A program made the position numbers and the translations under genes. 64,000 nucleotides of DNA. Source: an uncultured delta proteobacterium (lineage in GTDB: Bacteria; Myxococcota_A; Polyangia; Fen-1088). The stretch lies in the NCBI GenBank assembly GCA_963767925.1, contig CAVYGB010000010.1:864001-928000 (forward strand). Reading direction: 5' to 3'. This document shows, in pieces, positions 55,735 through 64,000 of the stretch (position 1 is the stretch's first letter; each line of letters opens with the position of its first letter). Below the pieces are notes generated by a model. It did not search any database. It had not been told where the DNA came from and saw nothing but the letters and a program-made list of their open reading frames with translations.

Positions 55735-58524
55735 ATGTTCGGTTCGTCCTTCACCGGCGCTTCCGGCCGGCTGGCGGCGGGCATCGGCCTGGCGCTGGTG
55801 CTGGCCCTGCCCGCGGGCTGCGGGGAGGCGGAGGACGCCGTCGCCCCCGACACGACCATGCGCATCGACGGCGAGCTCGCCGACTGGCGGGGCACGCCGG
55901 GGGCCCGCCAGCTCACGGTGGATCCCGAGGGCGACGGGCGCGACCAGAGCGCGCAGGCCGCCGCGATCGCCCCCGGGACCGACCTGGTCTCGGTGCGGGC
56001 GGCCCACGACGCCGAGCGCCTGTATTTCCTCCTCGAGCTGGGGGCACCCTCGGCCGGCGGCGCCTCGGTCGAATACACCATCTACCTCGACGCCGACGGC
56101 AAGACCGAGACCGGCTACGTGGTGGGGGACGAGGCCATCGGCGCCGACTTCGTCGTCAGCAACGGCACCCTCCTGCAACACGCCTCGACCGACCGCACCG
56201 CCTGGGAGTGGAAGACCCTCGAGTGGAGGGTCGAGGAGCTGGAGAGCGCCGGCCCCGACCACGCCATCGAGCTGTCGATCGACCGCCGGGCCATCCAGGC
56301 CCCGGGCGGCGGGGGCGGATCGATCGGCCTGCTGTTTTCCACCATCGAGCCCCACGACACGAGCACGTGGGAGGACGACGTCACCGACTTCGCCCCCGAC
56401 CGGGCGGGCCGCCCCGGCCGCCTGGCCTACTCCCTCTCCGCCCTGGCCTCCGCCCAGCCGGCGGTGCCGCCGCCCCGCCCGGCGGTGGCGGGGATCCGCA
56501 ATTACCTCCTTTACAACGGGGCCTGGGACCGCAGCGTGATCGAGAAGGTCTACCGCTACGACCTCGTCATCCTCGACGCCCACCGGGGCCCCCGCCCCTC
56601 GCAGATCGGGCCGGTGGTCCGGCGCATCCGGGCTGGCGTCAACGGCCTGCCCGGCGACGCCGACGACGTCATCGTCCTCGGCAGCATCACGATGGGCGAA
56701 GACGTGCGCACCTACGGCGACCGGGCCCCCGCGCCGGGGGACGGCGGCGGGCCCGCCTACTGGGACCCGGCCGGCGAGCAGCTCCTGTACGAGCAGCAGG
56801 GGGTGGCGGCCTATTACCTCGACGAGAAGACCGGCCCCGAGGAGCTGCCGGGGCCCGACGGCTTGCCCGACCGGAACGGGAGCGGGGGGAGCTGCTTCGT
56901 CAACCCGGGCGACCCCGAGTGGCGGGCCTTCCTGGTCGGCAACGACGGGCGCACCGGCGCGCCCTACAGCGCCCACCTGCTGCTCGACGTGATGGGCTAC
57001 CAGGGGCTGCTGCTCGATACGCCCGAGGTGGCGGGCCCCTGGTACGGCTACGGCTACACCGCCGAGGGGATGTACCAGGCCATCGCCAGCCTGCGGGAGA
57101 GCTTCCCGGGGGCGGTGCTGCTGCTCAACCGGGGGCAGTTCTTCTTCGTGCCCCAGTTCCCGGTGCAGTACCGCTGGAACCCGCGCAAGCTGATCGACAT
57201 CGGCCTGTACGACAGCCACTACCTCGACAGCGACTACGGGGAGGGGGAGGCCGAGCTGCCTTACCACCTGAGCCCCCTGTTCGCGTCGAGCTCGCTGTTC
57301 TTCGACCAGAAGATCCAGGCCGAGCTGGGACGCCCCGACGACAGCTTCGAGGTGATGCTCAGCCTGGACTACGCCGCCGATCCGGACAGCCTGTCGCGCG
57401 ACCACCCCCAGGTCTACGGCGACGCCATCGCCTCGTCGCTGCAGAGCTACGGGCGGGTCCCGCTGATCACGACCCGGCTGATCGACGCCACCCCGACCTT
57501 GACCCTCGAGGAGGCGGCGCCCGAAGACGTCGAGGCGCCCCGCTGGGGGAACACCACGGTGGGGTTCTCAACCCTGCTGCCCGAGGCGCCTCCCCCCTAC
57601 ATGGTGGCTGGCTTCGAGGACACGGTGGTGCCGGCGCCGCGGGTGGGGGTGCAAAAGGCCATCCCGGGCGACGGGCAGGTCACGTTGCGCTGGGACGTCG
57701 CCCTCGATCAGACGCTGCCGGTCCGATACAACATCTACTACTCTGACCTCTGGCCGTTCGACCTGGGCCTGGCCGAGATCGTCAACAACGTGCCGACCGA
57801 GGTAGGCGCCGACTACGCCGAGCGCAGCCTGACCAGCGCCGACGACGGCTGTCCCTACCAGGCCACGGTCACCGGGCTGGAGAACGGCCGGACCTACTAC
57901 TTCGTCGTGCGGGCCGAGGACAGCACCCCCGGCACGCCCTTCGACCAGGGGCGCGGTCCCGGCGGGGGCCGGGAGGACGAGAACCTCAACCTGCTGGCGG
58001 CGATGCCGCGCGCGCCCGACCCGGCCCCGCTGGCCATCGCCATCGACGGGAACTTCGACGACTGGGAGGCGGTGGCGGGCTACCTCGACGCCGAGGCGGA
58101 GGCGGAGCAGCTCCGGCCCGACTGGATCGAGGTTCGCTTCGCCGAGGACGCTGACGCCTACTTCGTCTTCTTCGAGACGGTGCAGCCGATCGAGCCGGCC
58201 GCCGGCTACCAGGTCTTCGTCAACGCCGACGGCCAGAGCTGGACCGGCCTGCACAGCCGGGGGGGCGCCGACTACCAGGTGCGCAACGGGAACCTGCTGC
58301 GCTACGCGGGCAGCGGGGGCAACGACGCCTGGGTCACGGTGGGCCCGGTGGCCCTGGCCCGCAACGGCGGGCGGACCGAGCTGCTGCTGCCCCGGGCGGC
58401 GCTGGCGGTGTCGGGCGAGGGGCCGGTGTGGAGCTTCGTGGGGGCGCGGACGGCCGGGGCGGTGGACACCCTGCCCGAGCAGGGCGCGGGCTTTTACCTC
58501 CCGAGGCCGCCGGCCGCGCCCTGA
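55735..58524 (+). CDS. Large lipoprotein: beta-sandwich + GH114/PelA-like TIM barrel + FN3 + beta-sandwich
   Basis: Lipobox PAGC; IDGELADW and IDGNFDDW modules; YDLVILD..GED..FVNPGDPEW..GLLLDT..LNRG; FN3 VTGLENGRTYYFVVRAED. Confidence 0.6.
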   Translation: MFGSSFTGASGRLAAGIGLALVLALPAGCGEAEDAVAPDTTMRIDGELADWRGTPGARQLTVDPEGDGRDQSAQAAAIAPGTDLVSVRAAHDAERLYFLLELGAPSAGGASVEYTIYLDADGKTETGYVVGDEAIGADFVVSNGTLLQHASTDRTAWEWKTLEWRVEELESAGPDHAIELSIDRRAIQAPGGGGGSIGLLFSTIEPHDTSTWEDDVTDFAPDRAGRPGRLAYSLSALASAQPAVPPPRPAVAGIRNYLLYNGAWDRSVIEKVYRYDLVILDAHRGPRPSQIGPVVRRIRAGVNGLPGDADDVIVLGSITMGEDVRTYGDRAPAPGDGGGPAYWDPAGEQLLYEQQGVAAYYLDEKTGPEELPGPDGLPDRNGSGGSCFVNPGDPEWRAFLVGNDGRTGAPYSAHLLLDVMGYQGLLLDTPEVAGPWYGYGYTAEGMYQAIASLRESFPGAVLLLNRGQFFFVPQFPVQYRWNPRKLIDIGLYDSHYLDSDYGEGEAELPYHLSPLFASSSLFFDQKIQAELGRPDDSFEVMLSLDYAADPDSLSRDHPQVYGDAIASSLQSYGRVPLITTRLIDATPTLTLEEAAPEDVEAPRWGNTTVGFSTLLPEAPPPYMVAGFEDTVVPAPRVGVQKAIPGDGQVTLRWDVALDQTLPVRYNIYYSDLWPFDLGLAEIVNNVPTEVGADYAERSLTSADDGCPYQATVTGLENGRTYYFVVRAEDSTPGTPFDQGRGPGGGREDENLNLLAAMPRAPDPAPLAIAIDGNFDDWEAVAGYLDAEAEAEQLRPDWIEVRFAEDADAYFVFFETVQPIEPAAGYQVFVNADGQSWTGLHSRGGADYQVRNGNLLRYAGSGGNDAWVTVGPVALARNGGRTELLLPRAALAVSGEGPVWSFVGARTAGAVDTLPEQGAGFYLPRPPAAP

Positions 58525-58580
58525 CTCGATATGCGACACCCACCCCTGTCCAGAAATCCGGGGGGCCGTAAACTGCCACG

Positions 58581-61010
58581 ATGATGCGTATGGCGGCCGG
58601 GGTCCTGTCGATGACACTCTCGGTGATCATGTCGGAACCAGCAGAGGGGCAGACGCCGTACCGGCTCCCGCCCCGTGAAGTCGTGAAGCTGGTGGACGCG
58701 CCCGCGCCGCCCCTGACCAGCCTGGGGCCGCGTCGGGATGTCCTGGCGCTCGTCGAATACGAGGCCAACCCCCCGGTCGAGCTGCTGGCCCGCCCCTTCC
58801 ACGCGCTGGCGGGGGTGCGCGTGGATCCCGAGCTGGGCGCCGAGCAGCGCACGATCCGCTTCACCAGCCTCGCCCTGCGGCCGCTGGCGGGCAACAGCCC
58901 GCCCGTGAAGATCGCCCTGCCGGCGGGGGCGCGCCTCGGTTATCCCACCTGGTCGCCCGACGGCAGCAAGCTCGCGTTCTCCCGGGACCTCGAGGACGGG
59001 GTCGAGCTGTGGGTGGCGGATGCGGTGACCGGCAAGGCCACGCCGCTGCCCACCCTGCGGGTCAACGACGTGCTCGACGCCCCCTACGAGTGGACCAGCG
59101 ACAGCGTCAACCTGCTGGTGCGGCTGGTCCCCGCGGACCGGGGCAAGCCGCCCGAGCGGCCCCGCCGGCCGCTGGGCCCCATCGTCGAGGAGGCCTCGGG
59201 CAAGTCGTCGAAGCTGGCCACCTACCAGGATCTCCTGCGCAACCCCCACGACGAGGCGCTGTTCGAGCACTTCGGCACCTCGCAGCTCGCCCGCGTGCAC
59301 AGCGGGACCGGGGCGGTCACCCCCCTCGGCAAGCCGGGGCTGATCTACTCGGCGCGGCCCTCGCCCGACGGCAAATACCTCCTCGTCACCCGCCTCAAGC
59401 GGCCCTATTCCTACCGCGTCCCGGCTGGATATTTCTCCCGCACCACCCAGGTCGTCGACTCGGCCGGGAACCTCGTGCGGACCATCTCCGACCTGCCGGT
59501 CTCCGACGAGGTCCCCACCCAGGGCGTGCCCATGGGCCCCCGGGCGGTCCAGTGGCAGATGTTGCACCCGGCCCGGCTGGTCTGGGTCGAGGCGCTCGAC
59601 GGCGGCGATCCGCTGCGCAAGGTGCCCCACCGGGAAGCGGTGTTCGTGCAGGCAGCCCCGTTTTCGGGCAAGCCGGGGGAGCTGTTCCGCATCCAGCACC
59701 GCTTCGCCGGCTTCGAGTGGACGGCCGACAAGGACGAGGTGCTGCTGACCGAGACCGACCGCGACCGCCGCTGGCGCACCACGGTCCACCTGCACCTCGA
59801 CAGGCCGGTCGAGAGCCGGCGGGTGATCTTCGATCTGAGCCAGCGCGACGCTTACGGCGACCCCGGACAGGCCCTGCGCGACCGGCGCCCCGACGGGCAG
59901 ACCGTGCTGCTGCAGGACGGCCCCCACATATACCTCACCGGCCAGGGCGCCACCCCCGAGGGCAACCGCCCCTTCCTCGACAAGCTCGACCTGCGGACGC
60001 TGCACAAGGAGCGGCTCTACCAGTCCGACGCCAGCAGCAACGAGAACGTCGTCACCTTCGCCGGCGCCTCCCGCACCACGCTGATCACCCGCTACGAGAG
60101 CAAGACCGAACCGCCCAACCACTACCTGGTCGACCTGGCCAGCAAGAAGCGCACGGCGATAACCAGCTACCGCGATCCCGCGCCCGAGCTGACCGGCGTC
60201 AAGCGCGAGATCCTGAAGTACCAGCGAGCCGACGGCGTGCCGCTGTCGGGGATGTTGTACCTGCCCCCGGGGTACAAGCCGGGGACCCGCCTGCCCGTGC
60301 TGGTGTGGGCCTACCCGCTCGAGTTCTCCGACGCCGGGACCGCCGGCCAGGTGCGGGCTTCGCCGAGCTCGTTCGTGTTCTACCGGGGGGCCTCGCCCCT
60401 GTTTTTCCTCACCCAGGGCTACGCCGTGCTGATGGACGCCACCATGCCGGTGGTGGGCGATCCCGAGACCATGAACGACACCTTCGTCGATCAGATCGTC
60501 GGGGCGGCGAAGGCGGCGGTCGACAAGCTCACCGAGCTGGGGGTGGCCGATCCCAACCGCATCCTCGTGTCGGGCCACAGCTACGGGGCCTTCATGACCG
60601 CCAACCTGCTGGCCCACAGCGACCTGTTCGCCGCGGGCATCGCCCGCAGCGGGGCCTACAACCGCTCGCTGACGCCCTTCGGGTTCCAGTCGGAGCGGCG
60701 GTCGTTCTGGGAGGCGTCGAACGTCTACATGAACCTGTCCCCGTTCTCCCACGCCCCCAAGATCAAGGAGCCGCTGCTGCTCATCCACGGGGCGGCCGAC
60801 AACAACAGCGGCACCCACACCATGCAGTCGGAGCGGTTCTACGAGGCGGTCAAGGGGAGCGGCGGCACGGTGCGCCTGGTGCTCTTGCCCCACGAGTCGC
60901 ACGGCTACCTGGCGCGCGAGTCGATCCTCCACGCGCTGGCCGAGATGTTCGACTGGGCCGACAAACACGTGAAGAACCGCAAGCCGAAGACCAAGCTGGC
61001 CACGCGCTGA
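58581..61010 (+). CDS. S9 family serine peptidase (prolyl oligopeptidase / glutamyl endopeptidase-like)
   Basis: WSPDG propeller repeats, GHSYG nucleophile, HGAADNN, ESHGY. Confidence 0.93.
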   Translation: MMRMAAGVLSMTLSVIMSEPAEGQTPYRLPPREVVKLVDAPAPPLTSLGPRRDVLALVEYEANPPVELLARPFHALAGVRVDPELGAEQRTIRFTSLALRPLAGNSPPVKIALPAGARLGYPTWSPDGSKLAFSRDLEDGVELWVADAVTGKATPLPTLRVNDVLDAPYEWTSDSVNLLVRLVPADRGKPPERPRRPLGPIVEEASGKSSKLATYQDLLRNPHDEALFEHFGTSQLARVHSGTGAVTPLGKPGLIYSARPSPDGKYLLVTRLKRPYSYRVPAGYFSRTTQVVDSAGNLVRTISDLPVSDEVPTQGVPMGPRAVQWQMLHPARLVWVEALDGGDPLRKVPHREAVFVQAAPFSGKPGELFRIQHRFAGFEWTADKDEVLLTETDRDRRWRTTVHLHLDRPVESRRVIFDLSQRDAYGDPGQALRDRRPDGQTVLLQDGPHIYLTGQGATPEGNRPFLDKLDLRTLHKERLYQSDASSNENVVTFAGASRTTLITRYESKTEPPNHYLVDLASKKRTAITSYRDPAPELTGVKREILKYQRADGVPLSGMLYLPPGYKPGTRLPVLVWAYPLEFSDAGTAGQVRASPSSFVFYRGASPLFFLTQGYAVLMDATMPVVGDPETMNDTFVDQIVGAAKAAVDKLTELGVADPNRILVSGHSYGAFMTANLLAHSDLFAAGIARSGAYNRSLTPFGFQSERRSFWEASNVYMNLSPFSHAPKIKEPLLLIHGAADNNSGTHTMQSERFYEAVKGSGGTVRLVLLPHESHGYLARESILHALAEMFDWADKHVKNRKPKTKLATR

Positions 61011-61270
61011 GCGATCGCTCTTCCGGACCGGCCACCGTAGCGCTGGAGACAACAGGGGGTGTTGTCCAGGGGGCAACATCGCGGAGCGCCAGCGCGGATC
61101 GCGCGGGCGGCGCGGATCGCGGCGGGTGGGGGCAGGGCCGCGATCTCGTTGGCGTTTTACGATTGTAGGTTTCCTTACGTTAGTTATGCACAGTTCATGC
61201 AGACGTCCCCGGTATGGCCGGTTTGGCAATGTTGCGGGGACGGGCGACGGCGGGTCGGGCGGGGCAAGGA

Positions 61271-63826
61271 ATGCTGCTCATCGGAGTGCTGCTGGGCGCC
61301 GGGTGCGTGCCGGGGGAGGTCCTCGATCCCACGGTGCCCGAGGAGGTCTTGCCCCACGAGGAGCAGGAGCAGGCCATCCAGGGTGAGAACCTCGGCGGCG
61401 GCAACCTGGCGGGCGCCAACCTCGGAGGGGCCAACCTGGCGGGGTCGAACCTCGGGGGGGCCAACCTCGGCGGCACCAACCTGACCGGCTCGAACCTCGG
61501 CGGCTCCAACCTCGGGGGGACCAACCTGGGGGGCAACAACCTCGGCGCCAACAATCTGGCCGCCACCAACCTCGGCGGCTCGAACCTGGCGGGGTCGAAC
61601 CTCGGCGGCTCGAACCTGGCGGGGTCGAACCTCGGCGGCTCGAACCTGGGGGGATCGAACCTCGGCGGCAGCAACCAGGCGGGCAACAACCTCGGCGGCA
61701 CCAACCTCGGCGGCTCGAACCTGGCCGGCAGCAACAGCGGTCTGAACATCCACACCCTCGCCGGCGGCATGACCGGCATGCTCCACAGCGGGGAGGACCT
61801 GCGGCCCAAGAGCGGCCAGTGCATCGTCTTCGGCATCGGCTCGACCGCCTTCCCGAAGCTGCTCGGCCAGCAGAGCGCGGCGGCCAAGATCTCGGTGGCC
61901 CTCGGCATGTTGCCCTGGGGCTTCTCCAGCACCCGGGGCGGGCCGGTGGCCCTGCGCGCCTGGGAGGCGGTGGTCTGGGGCGACCGCACCTACTGCGTGT
62001 TCGTGCTGGCGGCGCCCCCCGCGGCGACCTGGCCGGGCGTGGCCGGGTTCGTCAAGGCGGTGTTCCGCTGGAACGCGCCCCCCAGCCAGACCGTCGAGAT
62101 CAGCGGCATCGAGGCCAGCTTGCCCCGCGATCCCACCACCTCGAGCGCCATCGTCTCTTACACCGGGATGATGAACGCGGCGGCCCGCTTCCGGGCCGGG
62201 ACCCTCGGGGAGAAGGCCTTCGTCGCCGGAGAGCTGGCCTTCGCCAGCGCCACCACCAACAACCAGTCGGTGCTTGTCGACTTCTCCTCCTGGGTGCAGG
62301 ACCGCAACGGCGCGGCCCTCGTGCTCGGCAACGTGCAGGCCTCCGGCCCTCCCCGCTATGCCGAGGCGCTGTACATCGCCCTCGACAACGGGGACGGCAC
62401 GGTGAGCGTCGTCCTCGACGACGCCGCCTCGCGGGCCACCCGCATGCCGGCCGGCATGATCGACAGCGTCGTCGATCTCAACGCGGCCTACCGGGCCTTC
62501 CAGGACGGCATCGGCCCCAAGCCGATCCCCCGCCGCTGCGGGGGCGCCCTCTTCCTGAAGACCCGGTTCGGCGAGCCGGTGCCGGCGGGCAAGTGCGACG
62601 ACGGCCTCACCTGGACCCCCGCCTTCTGCCTCAAGGGGGCCAGCCCCTGGTCGACCGTCTCCGGCACGACCGGGCCGATGAACGGCTACATGCAGCTCAC
62701 CCAGGCCGGCGGGGCCTACCAGCGCGGGCAGATCGTCGACAACACCTGCACCGACCTCAAGCCGGTGCTGAGCGAGACCTACGTGCACATGTGGGAGAAG
62801 AACTACGACCTCACCGGTCCCTGCACGCCGGAGAGCAACGCCACCTTCTGCGCCCGCCTGGGGCGCAACTGCGGCGCGGTCACCGAGGCCGACAACTGCG
62901 GCACCGTGCGCACGGTGGCGAGCTGCGGGGCCTGCGCCGGGGCGGAGATCTGCGGGGGCGACGGCACGGCCAACGTGTGCGCCATCCGCAGCACCAGCTA
63001 CGAGGCGGAGTCGGCCAGCAACGGCTTCGCGGGCAAGGCCATCCCCGCGGCCTGCGCGGAGGCCTTCTCCAAGTTCGGCCACGACTCCAGCACCGAGGCG
63101 GCCGCCGGCACCTGCTCGGGCGGCTACAAGGTGCGCTTCCTCGGGGACACAAGCTCGAACCACGTCACCATCAACAACGTCTCGGCCCCGGCGGCCGGCA
63201 CTTACGCCATGCGGGTGTACGCCTACGCGGTCGAGCCGCGCAGCTTCTACGTCAGCGTCAACGGCGCCTCGGGCCGGCAGCTCGTGGTGCAGAGCCCCGG
63301 CTGGTACGCCCAGATCGCGGTCGACACCACCGTGACGCTGAAGGCGGGCGACAACAGCATCCGGTTTTACAACAACGACGACTGGGGCCCCGACCTCGAC
63401 CGCATCGTGGTGGCCACGGCCGCGGCCGGCAGCAGCCCGGCGCCGACCCCCACCCCGCCGCCGCCCCCGCCGGCCGGCGGCGCGATCTGCGGCTTCAGCG
63501 TCACGAAGAACAGCTACGACGGGGGCGCCTGGTGGGGCACCATCACGGTGAAGAACACCGGCAGCGCCGCGGTCACGAGCTTCAAGGTGGAGCTCGACGT
63601 CCCCTCGGGCGGCCACTGCACCAACGACGCCCTCCCGGTGGGGGCCAAGCTGTCGCCCCTCAAGGGCAGCGGCTCCTCGGCCTACACCACCTCGAACCAC
63701 TGCGTGTTCACCTGGGCCAGCACCCGGCTGGCGGCGGGCGCCTCGCTGACCTTCAACTATTCGAGCGACCGCCAGAACTTCAGCGCCGCCAGCAACGTGA
63801 AGGCCGGCCCCACCATCTGCCCGTGA
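61271..63826 (+). CDS. Lipoprotein: NLGGS pentapeptide array + unknown domain + Cys-rich module + CBM6/35-like + CBM2-like
   Basis: Lipobox LGAGC; 23 N-L-x-G-x repeats; CTPESNATFC..NCG; YEAE...LKAGDNSIRFYN...PDLDRI; WGTITVKNTGS..LAAGASLTFNY. Confidence 0.75.
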   Translation: MLLIGVLLGAGCVPGEVLDPTVPEEVLPHEEQEQAIQGENLGGGNLAGANLGGANLAGSNLGGANLGGTNLTGSNLGGSNLGGTNLGGNNLGANNLAATNLGGSNLAGSNLGGSNLAGSNLGGSNLGGSNLGGSNQAGNNLGGTNLGGSNLAGSNSGLNIHTLAGGMTGMLHSGEDLRPKSGQCIVFGIGSTAFPKLLGQQSAAAKISVALGMLPWGFSSTRGGPVALRAWEAVVWGDRTYCVFVLAAPPAATWPGVAGFVKAVFRWNAPPSQTVEISGIEASLPRDPTTSSAIVSYTGMMNAAARFRAGTLGEKAFVAGELAFASATTNNQSVLVDFSSWVQDRNGAALVLGNVQASGPPRYAEALYIALDNGDGTVSVVLDDAASRATRMPAGMIDSVVDLNAAYRAFQDGIGPKPIPRRCGGALFLKTRFGEPVPAGKCDDGLTWTPAFCLKGASPWSTVSGTTGPMNGYMQLTQAGGAYQRGQIVDNTCTDLKPVLSETYVHMWEKNYDLTGPCTPESNATFCARLGRNCGAVTEADNCGTVRTVASCGACAGAEICGGDGTANVCAIRSTSYEAESASNGFAGKAIPAACAEAFSKFGHDSSTEAAAGTCSGGYKVRFLGDTSSNHVTINNVSAPAAGTYAMRVYAYAVEPRSFYVSVNGASGRQLVVQSPGWYAQIAVDTTVTLKAGDNSIRFYNNDDWGPDLDRIVVATAAAGSSPAPTPTPPPPPPAGGAICGFSVTKNSYDGGAWWGTITVKNTGSAAVTSFKVELDVPSGGHCTNDALPVGAKLSPLKGSGSSAYTTSNHCVFTWASTRLAAGASLTFNYSSDRQNFSAASNVKAGPTICP
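61388..61732 (+). repeat. Coding 15-bp repeat array (23 x NL[G/A]G[S/T/A/N])
   Basis: AACCT(C/G)G..GG... units counted in the translation. Confidence 0.95.
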
Positions 63827-63917
63827 CCGGCGGGCGCATCCGAAGCAACAAGGTTTCCGGGGAGCCGGCCGGTCGGGCGCGCGATGATCGCACGGCGGCC
63901 GGTGTATGGTGGGCCAC

Positions 63918-64000
63918 ATGGAGAGTTCCGCCAGAATCGAGGATCCCCGGGAAGCCGACGAGGAGACGCTGGTAGCCCGGATAGAGCAGGCCATGCGGCG
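63918..64000 (+). CDS. Probable start of the next gene (partial)
   Basis: MESSARIEDPREADEETLVARIEQAMR open to the window end; TATGGT 7 nt upstream. Confidence 0.4.
   Translation, partial: MESSARIEDPREADEETLVARIEQAMR

Noticed and set aside
61388..61732. Qnr/MfpA-type gyrase-protecting pentapeptide protein
   Set aside because: The repeat sits in an exported lipoprotein with CBMs and is Gly-rich rather than A(D/N)LxxA type

Overview
A 64-kb stretch of chromosome with very high GC content, from a myxobacterium-like organism. The Myxococcota assignment is inferred from MYXO-CTERM and CFI-box-CTERM proteins, PilZ proteins, Pro-rich lipoproteins and a Myxococcus-type LexA box. It holds about 55 protein genes: housekeeping and metabolic (udk, glmU, ilvE, queE, rpiB, iolB, mmsA/iolA-like, pxpB, Ku, yggX), several two-component and PilZ signalling genes, and many secreted or lipoprotein modular proteins. 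RNA genes are two tRNA-Ser and the 4.5S SRP RNA. The best candidate for an undescribed system is a five-gene ECF sigma cluster (49987-54132). Its anti-sigma factor and an outer-membrane-barrel-like protein both carry glycogen-binding (CBM48/AMPK-type) domains, and a shared promoter motif TGTATCC-N14/15-TCGT(A/T) occurs three times within it. Other signals: an unannotated rod-like structured RNA with its own terminator, a LexA box on an SplB-like radical SAM gene, a PII protein lacking its effector-binding residues, a C12orf65/mtRF-R-like release factor, frequent leaderless-type TAnnnT promoters, a HAD gene that needs a CTG start, a REP-like hairpin family found only between convergent genes, a perfect (GATGGC)40 tract, and several frameshifted or decayed genes (amtB, DUF3616, DUF3368 toxin, RAYT, YhfC). 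No CRISPR array, prophage or intact transposase was seen. All calls come from motif reading by eye; no database searches were run.
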